The notes under the pieces are model-generated. The model saw only the letters and a list, made by a program, of their open reading frames with translations. It was not told the origin of the DNA and searched no databases. Shown here piece by piece: positions 7,983-17,237 of a DNA stretch of 60,336 bases (position 1 is the stretch's first letter; every line of letters begins with the position of its first letter). The translations under genes and the position numbers were made by a program. The stretch is from Oscillibacter sp. (lineage in GTDB: Bacteria > Bacillota > Clostridia > Oscillospirales > Oscillospiraceae), in NCBI GenBank assembly GCA_003522105.1, contig DPGF01000072.1, positions 1-60,336 of the forward strand, in the 5' to 3' direction.

Positions 7983-8540
7983 TTAATAAAGCGTCCTGCG
8001 GACGATCTCCAGCACGGCGGCGGGGTCGTAGTCCTGCCGCAGCAGCGCCGAAAGCATCTGGAAAAACAGCACGTCCGCAAATTTTTCCACCGTGAGCTGC
8101 TCGTTGAAAGCGTCCGGCCGGATTCTGGCGTCCTGCTTCAAAACAGAGCAGAGCCCGGCTAAAATATGCTGCCAGGTCTGCTGCATGCGGCGCTTGCCGT
8201 CGTCTTTTTCCTCCCGCATGAAGCCGAGAGAATGCAGCGTAAAAAAGCCCGGATACTGCCGGCAGCCGTAGGCCATTCGCTCATACATCCACACGATGCA
8301 GGCCTGCACATCACGAAAGACGGCATCGTCCTCCGGGCGGTGGAAGATCTCGCACCATACGCTTTCCACCGCGGCGCTCATCAGCTCTGCTTTGGAATCG
8401 AAATAGTTGTAGATCGAGCCGACCGACACGCCGCACGCCGCCGCAACGGAGCGAATGCTGATGGCAGACCATCCTCGCTCGCGGATCAATTCCCGGCTGG
8501 CCTTCAGGATCTCATCTTTTGATGTTGCGACTGTATTCAT
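7983..8540 (-). CDS. TetR/AcrR family transcriptional regulator
   Basis: HTH SIRSVAAACGVSVGSIYNYFDSKAEL; ATG at 8540 after a GAGGGG RBS. Confidence 0.92.
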   Translation of the reverse strand: MNTVATSKDEILKASRELIRERGWSAISIRSVAAACGVSVGSIYNYFDSKAELMSAAVESVWCEIFHRPEDDAVFRDVQACIVWMYERMAYGCRQYPGFFTLHSLGFMREEKDDGKRRMQQTWQHILAGLCSVLKQDARIRPDAFNEQLTVEKFADVLFFQMLSALLRQDYDPAAVLEIVRRTLY

Positions 8541-8556
8541 GTGCTTCCCCTCAATA

Positions 8557-8602
8557 TGAACATCGTTCAATATCATTATACAAAAAATCCCCGCGCTGTC
8601 AA
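8557..8602 (-). promoter_or_regulatory. tetR promoter with operator copy 2
   Basis: TTGACA (8602-8597), 16-bp spacer, TATAAT (8580-8575), followed by TGAACATCGTTCA at 8557-8569. Confidence 0.75.
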
Positions 8603-8662
8603 GCACGGGGATTTGATCTTTTTCGGCATGATTGCGAAGGAACATGCCGCCGATTTTGTGCG

Positions 8663-9319
8663 CTATTGCAGTTTCATCAGTCCGTCCACGTCCCGCAGCA
8701 CGATCTCGCCGCGCCTGAGCGCAACAAGACCGTCCTCCGAAAAGCTCTTGAGCATGCGCGCCACGGCCTCGCGCGCCGAGCTGATGTGCTGAGCGATCTG
8801 CTCGTGCGTCATGCGGATGGTGGAAGAGCCGGTGCGCTCGGCTTCGGCGAGAAGAAAGGTCGCAAGACGCCGGTCAAGGCTCTTGAATAAGATCTGCTGC
8901 ATCGCCCACATCACGTCGGAAAAGCGCTGGGTCGCCAGTTCGTAGAGGAAGCAGCGCACCAGGAGATTCTGCTCTCTGAGCGCGGCGACGATGCTTGCCG
9001 GGATAATCAGAACCTCCGTCTCCCGCTGCGCGCAGATCTGTGTGTCGAAGGTGATTTGGCTGATGACGCAGGAGGCCGACAGCACGCACAAATCATCAGG
9101 ATACAGACGGTATAGCGTCACCTCGCGCCCCTCGTCGGAGAGGAGGTAGGTGCGGATCTCGCCGGAGAGCACCAAAAGCATGCCGAGGCATTCGCTGCCG
9201 CCGTCGTGAATGAGCGCACCCTTTTCATACCGGCGCGTGACCGCGCTGCGCCGCACCGTCTCCTGCTCCCGCTCCGTCAGCAACGACCAGAACGGAAGCC
9301 GAGCTGCCATCTGCTCCAT
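8663..9319 (-). CDS. Crp/Fnr family transcriptional regulator
   Basis: GREVTLYRL..DLCVLSASC and HTH MTHEQIAQHISSAREAVARML; start 1 nt after the upstream gene's stop. Confidence 0.9.
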   Translation of the reverse strand: MEQMAARLPFWSLLTEREQETVRRSAVTRRYEKGALIHDGGSECLGMLLVLSGEIRTYLLSDEGREVTLYRLYPDDLCVLSASCVISQITFDTQICAQRETEVLIIPASIVAALREQNLLVRCFLYELATQRFSDVMWAMQQILFKSLDRRLATFLLAEAERTGSSTIRMTHEQIAQHISSAREAVARMLKSFSEDGLVALRRGEIVLRDVDGLMKLQ

Positions 9320-9320
9320 A

Positions 9321-9722
9321 TCAGTGGCAGCTGTGATGCCCGCAGCCGTGGTCGCCGCAGGTGTGGCCGCCCTCGCCGTGCTCGTGGTCGTGATGGTCGC
9401 AGTGAACGTTGGGGTTGTAGCCGAGATGGCCGACCAGCAGCGCGGCAACTGCCGCGTCCGCCTCACCGCTGACGCCGCCGTAGAGCTTGATACCCGCCTC
9501 AGCCAGCGCCGCCTGCGCGCCGCCGCCGATGCCGCCGCAGATCAGGGTATCCACGCCGTGCTGCATTAAAAAGCCCGCCAGCGCGCCGTGGCCGCTGCCG
9601 TTGGTGTTGACCACTTCTGCGCGGACGACCGCGTTTTCTGCCACTTCATAGATCTTGAACTGCTCGGTATGACCGAAGTGCTGGAAGATCATACCGTTTT
9701 CATAGGTAACTGCGATTTTCAT
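9321..9722 (-). CDS. NifB/NifX-family (dinitrogenase FeMo-cofactor-binding-like) protein with His/Cys-rich tail
   Basis: MKIAV...IFQHFGH, LICGGIGGGA; tail CDHHDHEHGEGGHTCGDHGCGHHSCH. Confidence 0.85.
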   Translation of the reverse strand: MKIAVTYENGMIFQHFGHTEQFKIYEVAENAVVRAEVVNTNGSGHGALAGFLMQHGVDTLICGGIGGGAQAALAEAGIKLYGGVSGEADAAVAALLVGHLGYNPNVHCDHHDHEHGEGGHTCGDHGCGHHSCH

Positions 9723-9793
9723 GGTAGGTACTCCTCCGTTTTTTGATAAGATTCACCGCACGCTCATGCCGGTGCATCTCACACTGCGGCGGT

Positions 9794-10450
9794 TCAGTCC
9801 TCATTGTAAGCGTCCGAAGCCTTGATGCGCTGGTACATATCCTGCATCTGGCGGTCGATCTCGGCGATCTTGCCCGCGCACTCGAACATCTCCTCGTTGA
9901 TGCCCTCGGGCAGCTTTGTCTTGTCCACCTTGTAGCGGATATCGTGCTCAAGGCTTGCCCAGAAGTCCATTGCAATGGTGCGGATCTGGATCTCTGCCCC
10001 GACATATTCCGTCCGGTTGGAGAGATAGACGGGCACCTTAATGTCCAGGTGCAGCGAACGGTAGCCGTTGTAGTTCGGCGTTTTGATGTAGTCCTGCTTT
10101 TTCACGATCTCCACATCGGTCTGCCGCTCAAACATCTCCGCCACGCGGTATACATCGTCGATGTAGCTGCACACCACACGCACACCGGCAATATCGTTCA
10201 CGTTTTCCCGTGCAGACTCGATGCTGACAGGCAGTCCCTTTTTCACAAGCTTTGCCACAATGCTCGACTGAGACTTGACGCGCCCGTCGATGTGATGAAT
10301 GGGATTGCGTGCATAAAGAACATTGAATTCACTGTTGAGAATATTGAATTTCAACGTGAGCTGCCGAACCGCCGCGTCATAGAGATTCTGCATGACAAGA
10401 AAGTCATGCGGATCCTCGCAGAGCACGATGCCGTTCCCCGTTCGATTCAT
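9794..10450 (-). CDS. Small alarmone (p)ppGpp synthetase, RelP/RelQ-like
   Basis: GRVKS..SI..K, DIAGVRVVC, DYIKTP..NGYRSLH and EIQIRTIAMDFWASLEH..RYK motifs. Confidence 0.92.
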   Translation of the reverse strand: MNRTGNGIVLCEDPHDFLVMQNLYDAAVRQLTLKFNILNSEFNVLYARNPIHHIDGRVKSQSSIVAKLVKKGLPVSIESARENVNDIAGVRVVCSYIDDVYRVAEMFERQTDVEIVKKQDYIKTPNYNGYRSLHLDIKVPVYLSNRTEYVGAEIQIRTIAMDFWASLEHDIRYKVDKTKLPEGINEEMFECAGKIAEIDRQMQDMYQRIKASDAYNED

Positions 10451-10622
10451 TCTGAGCCTTCCTTTCCATCGGAAGCGTCAACGCCCGCCCGATGTGCTTT
10501 TGTCCCTTTCAGTATAGCAGACGATCACCGCCGCGCCAAGGGGAGAAATGCTGATTTTCCGCAAAAGCCTGCGCGAAAAAAGCAGCGGGCGGGAGAAACT
10601 ACCAAGCGACGGGCAAAAGAAC

Positions 10623-10651
10623 TTGCAATGCAGCGCAAGCCATTCTATAAT
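10623..10651 (+). promoter_or_regulatory. Sigma-A promoter for the AI-2E transporter
   Basis: TTGCAA, 17-bp spacer, TATAAT. Confidence 0.6.
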
Positions 10652-10731
10652 TAACCTGAAAGGATATGCACAGCGTTCGGCACTTCCGCTCCGGTGGCAG
10701 AGCGAACGCGCGGAAAGTGCAGAAAAGAACA

Positions 10732-11856
10732 ATGGATAAAAAAGGAAAACAGCAATTTCTTCTGGTCGCGTTCGGCGTGGCGCTCTATGCCGCGCTGATG
10801 AATCTCAACGAAGTCGCAGCGTTTCTCACGAGGCTCGCTACCCTCTTCACGCCGGTGATCATAGGGTTATTGATAGCGTTTGTCCTCAGTGTGCCGATGC
10901 AGGGCATCGCAGGACGTTTGACGCGCCTGATGCCAAAGGCAAAGGAAAAACACATTGACCTTCTCAGCCTGCTGCTGACGCTTTTGTGCGTGGTCATCGT
11001 CGTGGTACTGCTGTGCGTTCTGGCGCTGCCGCAGCTTGCCGCGTCGCTCAAGAGCATCGGCACACTGGTCAGGGAGAACTGGCCGGACTGGGCGCGCCTT
11101 CTCTCGGATCACGGCGTGGATACAAGCGAGTTCACCGATCGCATCGCCGCGCTCGATTGGAAAACGGTGCTGGAAAAGGCGCTCACCGGTGCCGGCGCGC
11201 TGATCGACTCGGTGGTGGATCTTGCCGGTACCACAGTCTCGGCGGTGGCCAACGTCACCTTTGCCATCGTCATCATGTTTTATGTGCTGCTCGACCGGCG
11301 CAGCCTTGCTAAACAGAGCCGCAGACTCCTCTACGCCAACCTGAGCGAGCGAAAGGCCGATCAGGTCTGCCGCATCGCGCGCCTGACGCACACCACCTAC
11401 GCCCGTTTCCTGTCCGGGCAGTGCGTGGAGGTCGTGATCCTCGGCACGATGATCTTTCTCGCGTTCTCCCTGTGCGGCATTCCCTACGCGGGGCTGACCG
11501 CCGCGCTGACGGCGGCCTTCGCCTTTGTTCCCTACATCGGCGCGCTGGCCTCCTGCGCAATCGGCGTACTGCTGACGCTGCTTGCCCAGCCGGAGAAGGC
11601 GCTGCTGTGCCTGATCGTCTATCAGGCGGTGCAGTTCACGGAAAATCAGTTCATCTACCCGCATGTGGTTGGCAGCAGCGTGGGGCTTGCGCCGCTGTGG
11701 ACGCTCCTTGCGGCATTGCTTGGCGGCAAGCTCTTCGGCCTTGTCGGTATTGTGTTTTTCATTCCCCTCACGGCGGTAGTACTCCAGCTCGTACATGAGC
11801 ACACTGCACAGCAGCTTTCGGAAAAGAAACTCGACCGCGAGGATCTGATCGAATAA
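10732..11856 (+). CDS. AI-2E family transporter (PerM-like permease)
   Basis: Multi-TM protein with FLSGQ, FVPYIGA and ENQFIYPHVVGSSVGL motifs. Confidence 0.88.
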   Translation: MDKKGKQQFLLVAFGVALYAALMNLNEVAAFLTRLATLFTPVIIGLLIAFVLSVPMQGIAGRLTRLMPKAKEKHIDLLSLLLTLLCVVIVVVLLCVLALPQLAASLKSIGTLVRENWPDWARLLSDHGVDTSEFTDRIAALDWKTVLEKALTGAGALIDSVVDLAGTTVSAVANVTFAIVIMFYVLLDRRSLAKQSRRLLYANLSERKADQVCRIARLTHTTYARFLSGQCVEVVILGTMIFLAFSLCGIPYAGLTAALTAAFAFVPYIGALASCAIGVLLTLLAQPEKALLCLIVYQAVQFTENQFIYPHVVGSSVGLAPLWTLLAALLGGKLFGLVGIVFFIPLTAVVLQLVHEHTAQQLSEKKLDREDLIE

Positions 11857-11857
11857 C

Positions 11858-11897
11858 AAAAAAGGACGACAGCTATTTTTAGCTGTCGTCCTTTTTT
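11858..11897. terminator. Bidirectional terminator
   Basis: AAAAAAGGACGACAGCTA / TAGCTGTCGTCCTTTTTT between convergent genes. Confidence 0.8.
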
Positions 11898-11903
11898 GTG
11901 CGG

Positions 11904-12170
11904 TCACGACTGCGCCATGCGCTCGAGGAGCTGGAAGGCCTCTTCGAGCTTGGGGTCGATATGGTCGGTCTGCAAAGCCTCGCGCACGCAGCCTTCGATG
12001 TGCGCGCGCATGATCTGCTGGTTGGCGCTTTTGAGGAGCGACTGCGTGGCGAGAAGCTGGTTGGAGATGTCCACGCAGTAGCGGTCGTCGTCGATCATCT
12101 GCAAAATGCCGTCGAGCTGGCCGCGGGCGATTTTGAGCTTGCGGCGGACGGAATCACGATCGGCTCTCAT
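11904..12170 (-). CDS. csoR: CsoR family copper-sensing repressor
   Basis: LKIARGQLDGI..MI...RYCVDI..Q and HIEGCV motifs; directly downstream of copA. Confidence 0.88.
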   Translation of the reverse strand: MRADRDSVRRKLKIARGQLDGILQMIDDDRYCVDISNQLLATQSLLKSANQQIMRAHIEGCVREALQTDHIDPKLEEAFQLLERMAQS

Positions 12171-12174
12171 GGCC

Positions 12175-14769
12175 TTAGCGGATGGAGACGGCCTGATAGC
12201 CCGCCTCATCCACGGCGGCCTTGAGCGCCGCGTCGGTCACATTGCCGTCCACGCTGACGGTAGCGGACTTGCTCTCGAGATCGACCTTTGCCTCCTTCAC
12301 GCCGGGGACGGCGGAAAGCGCCTGCTGGACGTGGTTCACGCAGTGCATACAGGCCATGCCTTCAATGCTGATGACTTTTTCCATGTTTGTTTCTCCTTTT
12401 TCGTTGTTACTTGCCATAGTGTGGCTGTTTGCTATCTCCACTCCGCTATCCGACGGAGAAGAAACCGTTTTCGGTGCTGCCGCCGTGTGCTTGGCCTTGA
12501 ACCAGCGCAGGCGCAGCGCATTGCTTACCACGAACACCGAGCTGAAGCTCATCGCGAGCGCGCCGAGCATCGGGTTCATCTTGAGCTGGAAGGCGGGGTA
12601 GAAGATGCCCGCCGCGATGGGAATGCCGATGGCGTTGTAGAAGAACGCCCAGAAAAGGTTCTGTTTGATGTTGCGGATGACCGCGCGGCTCAACTGCACG
12701 GCGGTCGAGACGTCGAGAAGGTCACTGCGCATCAGCACAATATCCGCCGACTCGATGGCGACGTCCGTACCGGCACCGATGGCAATGCCGACGTCTGCGC
12801 GCGCAAGGGCGGGCGCATCGTTGATGCCGTCACCGACCATGGCGACCTTTTTGCCGCTTTCCTGCAGCCGCCGGATCTCGCGCTCCTTGTCCTGCGGCAG
12901 CACCTCGGCCACCACGCGATCCACGCCGACCTGACGGCGAATGGCCTCGGCGGTGCGCTCGTTGTCACCTGTGAGCATGACCACTTCGATGCCCATGTTC
13001 GAGAGCTCGGCGATGGCCTGCGCGCTCGTGGGCTTGACGACATCGGCTACGGCGATGAGGCCGATGAGCTTGCCGTCGAGAGCAAAGTAGAGCGGCGTCT
13101 TGCCGTCCTCGGCCAGCGCTTCGCCGCGCGCGAGCAGGTCGCTCTTTTCGATGCGGTTTGCCTCCATCATGCGGCGGTTGCCGGCAAGGCAGAGCTGGCC
13201 CTCGACCTCGCCGCGGATGCCCTGACCGGGGATCTGCTCAAATTTGTCGACGGACAGGAACGTGAGCGATTCCTTCTCCGCCTCGGCCACGATGGCCTCG
13301 GAAAGCGGATGCTCGGAGCGCTTTTCGAGCGACGCGGCGACGGAGAGAAGTTTGTCCCTGCCGATGCCGCCGTCGACGACGTCGGTGACGACGGGCTTTC
13401 CCTGAGTGATGGTGCCGGTCTTGTCGAGCACGACTGTGTTGACGCTGTGCGTCGTCTCAAGCGCTTCGGCGGACTTGATGAGGATGCCGTTCACCGCGCC
13501 GCGGCCCGTGCCGACCATGATGGCCGTGGGAGTTGCAAGGCCGAGTGCGCAGGGGCAGCTGATGACGAGCACGGAAATGCCGATGGAGAGCGAGAATTCC
13601 ACGCTGTGCCCCGTCAGGAGCCACACCGCCGTCGCGATGACGGCGATCGTGATGACGACGGGGACGAACACGCCGCTCACCTTATCGGCGAGCTTGGCGA
13701 TGGGCGCTTTGGAGCTCGTGGCCTCGTCCACAAGGCGTACGATCTGGGAAAGGGCTGTATCGTCGCCGACTTTGGTCGCGCGCATCTTGAAATAGCCGGA
13801 TTTGTTGATCGTTGCGCCGATGACGGTGTCATCCACCTGTTTCTCGACGGGGATGCTCTCGCCCGTCAGCGCGGATTCATCGACCGAGGACGTTCCCTCG
13901 AGCACGACGCCGTCGACGGGGATGCTCTCGCCCGCCTTGACGATCAGAACGTCGCCGAGTTGGACCTCCTCGACGGGGATGACGCTCTCGACGCCGTTGC
14001 GCTCGACCGTCGCAGTCTTGGGTGCAAGGTCCATGAGCTTCGTGATCGCGTCGGAGGTCTTTCCCTTGGCGCGGGCCTCCATCGTTTTGCCCATGGTGAT
14101 GAGCGTCAGGATCGTGCCTGCGGACTCGAAGTACAGCTCCATCATATAGGTGTGCACCGTGTCCATGTCCATCTGGCCAAAGCCGATGCCGATCTTATAG
14201 ATGGCGTAGATGCCGTACACGATGGCGGCGCTGGAGCCCAGTGCGATCAGCGAATCCATGTTCGGCGAGCGCTGCCACAGCGTCTTGAAGCCGACGATAT
14301 AGTACTGGCGGTTGATATAGACGATGGGCAGCAGCAGCAAAAACTGCGTGAATGCGAACGTCATCGCGTTCTCCATGCCGAGGAAACACGCGGGCAGCGG
14401 CCAGCCCATCATGTGCCCCATCGAGAGATAAAAAAGCGGCACGGTGAAGACGAGCGAGAGCGCGAGGCGGCGCTTCATGCCGCGGTAGGCCTCCTGCGCG
14501 GCGCTGAGGCCGCCCTGCTTACCGCTTTGCGCGGCGGGCGCTGCCGCGCCGGGCTTTTCGTGCGGTGATGCGCCGTAGCCCGCCTGTTCGACCGCCGCAA
14601 CGATCTGTGCGGAGGAGAGCGCGCTTTCGTCGTACTCGACGACCATGCTGCTTTTCAGCAGATTCACACTGACCTGCCGCACACCGTTCTGCCCGGAAAC
14701 AGCTTTCTCCACGCGGCTTGAGCAGGCGGCGCAGCTCATGCCGGTCACATCGTAGGTTTCTTTTTTCAC
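12175..14769 (-). CDS. copA: Copper-translocating P1B-type ATPase with N- and C-terminal HMA domains
   Basis: [37 protein letters not shown] and MSFSS motifs; C-terminal GMACMHC; GTG start with AAGGAGG RBS. Confidence 0.95.
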   Translation of the reverse strand: MKKETYDVTGMSCAACSSRVEKAVSGQNGVRQVSVNLLKSSMVVEYDESALSSAQIVAAVEQAGYGASPHEKPGAAAPAAQSGKQGGLSAAQEAYRGMKRRLALSLVFTVPLFYLSMGHMMGWPLPACFLGMENAMTFAFTQFLLLLPIVYINRQYYIVGFKTLWQRSPNMDSLIALGSSAAIVYGIYAIYKIGIGFGQMDMDTVHTYMMELYFESAGTILTLITMGKTMEARAKGKTSDAITKLMDLAPKTATVERNGVESVIPVEEVQLGDVLIVKAGESIPVDGVVLEGTSSVDESALTGESIPVEKQVDDTVIGATINKSGYFKMRATKVGDDTALSQIVRLVDEATSSKAPIAKLADKVSGVFVPVVITIAVIATAVWLLTGHSVEFSLSIGISVLVISCPCALGLATPTAIMVGTGRGAVNGILIKSAEALETTHSVNTVVLDKTGTITQGKPVVTDVVDGGIGRDKLLSVAASLEKRSEHPLSEAIVAEAEKESLTFLSVDKFEQIPGQGIRGEVEGQLCLAGNRRMMEANRIEKSDLLARGEALAEDGKTPLYFALDGKLIGLIAVADVVKPTSAQAIAELSNMGIEVVMLTGDNERTAEAIRRQVGVDRVVAEVLPQDKEREIRRLQESGKKVAMVGDGINDAPALARADVGIAIGAGTDVAIESADIVLMRSDLLDVSTAVQLSRAVIRNIKQNLFWAFFYNAIGIPIAAGIFYPAFQLKMNPMLGALAMSFSSVFVVSNALRLRWFKAKHTAAAPKTVSSPSDSGVEIANSHTMASNNEKGETNMEKVISIEGMACMHCVNHVQQALSAVPGVKEAKVDLESKSATVSVDGNVTDAALKAAVDEAGYQAVSIR

Positions 14770-14795
14770 CGGGATTCCTCCTTCGGGATAGATAC

Positions 14796-14858
14796 AATAC
14801 CCCTGTGGGGTATTCTTGAATTGCCCATAGTATAGGTCGGAATATAGAGGTTTGTCAA
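14796..14858 (-). promoter_or_regulatory. copA promoter with CsoR-type operator
   Basis: TTGACA (14858-14853), 18-bp spacer, TATACT (14834-14829); palindrome AATACCCC-TGT-GGGGTATT at 14796-14814 with the C/G tracts typical of CsoR operators. Confidence 0.75.
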
Positions 14859-14975
14859 GCATTTTTTGGGCAAAACGGAGATTTTGCCTTGGCGCAGAAG
14901 GGCTGTGAAGACTGGACAGTGTCCCCTCTCTTATGGTAAACTGATGATACGATTTTTAGTAACAGCAGGTGCGAA

Positions 14976-16361
14976 ATGAAAGAGAAAAATACGGCAAAAC
15001 GCCTCTTTTCGGTGCTGTGGATCTACCTTTTGTGCGCAGCGCTGACGGCGATCCTCATTCCGCTGCCGCAAAAGGAGTCGTCCGGCGAACTCTGGCGGCA
15101 ATATGAAGCCCGTCTGGATACTCCCGCCGCACAGGAGCGTGTGATGACCATTGAAGATTCCGACAGCGCGCTGCTGCTCCGCTTGCAGCTCATTGAGAGC
15201 GCACGAAGGGAGCTCATCTTCTCGACCTTTGACCTGCGCGCAGATGAGAGCGGGCAGGACGTGATGTCCGCCCTATGCGCAGCGGCGGAGCGCGGCGTGC
15301 AGGTGCGCATGATTGTCGACGGACTCAACGGCTTTCTCCATTTGCAGGGAGACGCAACCCTCCGCGCGCTCGCGGCGGCGGAGAACGTCGAAGTCCGGTT
15401 CTACGACCCTGTGGATCTGCTGCGTCCCTGGAAGCTCAACTACCGCCTGCACGACAAGTACCTCATCGCCGACGGCGAGCGCTATATCCTCGGCGGGCGC
15501 AACACGAGCGACCTCTTTCTTGGCTCATATCAGGAGAAAAGAAACATCGACCGCGATGTGCTGGTCGTGTCGAATGGGAGCGAAAACAGCTCCGTCCGTC
15601 AGCTTGCGGCATATTTTGAGTCCGTCTGGTCGCAGCCGGAGAACCGGACGATCAAGGGGCGCGCATCGGAGAAAACCGGCGCGCTGCACGAGAGATACGA
15701 ATTGCTGCGAGAGAACTGCCCTGCGGCCTTCGCGGACGCCGACTGGGAAGAGATGACCATGCCGGTCGCGCGCGTGAGCCTTTTGCACAATTCTCCCCGT
15801 GCGGAGAACAAATCTCCCGAGCTGTGGGACACGCTCTGCCGCCTGATGGAGCAGGGGGACGACGTGCTGCTGCAAACGCCCTATCTCATCTGCAACCGCG
15901 CGATGTATGGAGATCTTGCCCATCTTGCCGGGGAACGGCAGGTGCGCATTCTGACAAACGCCGTGGAGACCGGCGCGAATCCGAGCGGCTGCGCGGACTA
16001 TCTGATTGAAAAAAGAACGATCCTCTCGTGCGGGCTCGATGTGTATGAGGCGGTATCCGATCAGTCGCTGCACACCAAAACGGTTCTGATCGGAAACGAT
16101 TTGAGCGTCGTCGGCTCATTCAATGCCGATATGCGCAGCGCCTATCTCGATACAGAACTGATGCTCGTCATCGAGAGCGAATCCTTCAACGATGTGCTGC
16201 GGCAGGCAGAAGCGCCTTACATCGCGCGCAGCCGCCTTGTTCTTCACGATGGCAGTACGGCTTGCGGCGCGCAGTTCGAGGAAACCGCGCTGCCGCCCTT
16301 GAAGCGCGCGCTTTACAGAGTATTAAGCGTTGCGCTGCGTCCTGTGCGGCATTTGTTATAA
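14976..16361 (+). CDS. Phospholipase D family protein (ClsC-like)
   Basis: N-terminal TM; LHDKYLIAD...GGRN and LHTKTVLIG...GSFN motifs. Confidence 0.88.
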   Translation: MKEKNTAKRLFSVLWIYLLCAALTAILIPLPQKESSGELWRQYEARLDTPAAQERVMTIEDSDSALLLRLQLIESARRELIFSTFDLRADESGQDVMSALCAAAERGVQVRMIVDGLNGFLHLQGDATLRALAAAENVEVRFYDPVDLLRPWKLNYRLHDKYLIADGERYILGGRNTSDLFLGSYQEKRNIDRDVLVVSNGSENSSVRQLAAYFESVWSQPENRTIKGRASEKTGALHERYELLRENCPAAFADADWEEMTMPVARVSLLHNSPRAENKSPELWDTLCRLMEQGDDVLLQTPYLICNRAMYGDLAHLAGERQVRILTNAVETGANPSGCADYLIEKRTILSCGLDVYEAVSDQSLHTKTVLIGNDLSVVGSFNADMRSAYLDTELMLVIESESFNDVLRQAEAPYIARSRLVLHDGSTACGAQFEETALPPLKRALYRVLSVALRPVRHLL

Positions 16362-16433
16362 GAAAACCGGATGCCGCCGCGGATAGGCCATAAAACAGAT
16401 GCAGATTTTGGTGCAATTTCTGCTTTTTTTACC

Positions 16434-16484
16434 TTGCAAAAGGCTTTTGGTTTTGTTAGGATAGGAACATGTTTGGAATGTTCC
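16434..16484 (+). promoter_or_regulatory. Promoter and palindromic operator of the NifU-like/GGGtGRT operon
   Basis: TTGCAA, 17-bp spacer, TAGGAT, then GGAACAT-N7-ATGTTCC (16464-16484). Confidence 0.5.
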
Positions 16485-16526
16485 GTGTTTTTCACGGAGA
16501 CAGAGGATAAGAAAGGAAAGTTCGTT

Positions 16527-17219
16527 ATGATTTATACGACCGAAGTACAGCATATGTGCCCCGTCGCAAAGGGCGCATATCACGGTCCCGCCCCGATCCC
16601 TGAAGAGGGCAAGTGGGTTCAGGCTAAGCAGCTCGCCGACATCTCCGGCTTCACCCACGGCATTGGCTGGTGCGCCCCCCAGCAGGGTGCCTGCAAGCTG
16701 ACGCTCAACGTCAAGGACGGCGTCATTCAGGAAGCGCTCGTCGAGACCATTGGCTGCTCGGGCATGACCCACTCCGCTGCCATGGCTTCTGAGATCCTGA
16801 TTGGCAAGACCATTCTCGAAGCGCTCAACACCGACCTTGTGTGCGACGCCATCAACACCGCCATGCGCGAGCTGTTCCTGCAGATCGTCTACGGCCGCAC
16901 CCAGTCTGCCTTCTCTGAGGGCGGCCTTGCCGTCGGCGCGTCCCTCGAGGACCTCGGCAAGGGCCTTCGCTCCCAGGTCGGTACGATGTTCGCTACCAAC
17001 GAGAAAGGCCCCCGTTATCTCGAGATGGCTGAGGGTTACTGCACCAAGATGGCGCTCAACGCGCAGGACGAGATCATCGGCTACGAGTTCGTCAACCTCG
17101 GCAAGATGATGGACTTCGTCAAGAAGGGCATCGACGCCAACGAAGCGCTTGAGAAGGCCAAGGGTCACTACGGCCAGTGGGACAGCGCGGTCAAGTACAT
17201 TGACCCGCGTCAGGAATAA
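16527..17219 (+). CDS. IscU/NifU-like scaffold-domain protein, partner of the GGGtGRT protein
   Basis: GWCAPQQGACKLTLNVKDG.I.EAL.ET.GCSGMTHSA...DLVCDAI; ATG at 16527 with AAAGGA RBS. Confidence 0.8.
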   Translation: MIYTTEVQHMCPVAKGAYHGPAPIPEEGKWVQAKQLADISGFTHGIGWCAPQQGACKLTLNVKDGVIQEALVETIGCSGMTHSAAMASEILIGKTILEALNTDLVCDAINTAMRELFLQIVYGRTQSAFSEGGLAVGASLEDLGKGLRSQVGTMFATNEKGPRYLEMAEGYCTKMALNAQDEIIGYEFVNLGKMMDFVKKGIDANEALEKAKGHYGQWDSAVKYIDPRQE

Positions 17220-17237
17220 GGAAGGGAGGACGAAACA

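Noticed and set aside
9321..9722. Nitrogen fixation implied by the NifB/NifX-family protein
   Set aside because: This small domain is common in non-diazotrophic anaerobes and no nif genes are present here.
12106..14568. 820-aa plus-strand ORF
   Set aside because: Codon-aligned mirror of copA with no RBS or domain signature.
16060..16125. PLD inactivated because the second HKD reads HTKTVLIG
   Set aside because: The catalytic His and Lys and the GSxN motif are intact and an Asp lies two residues later, so the evidence for inactivation is too weak.
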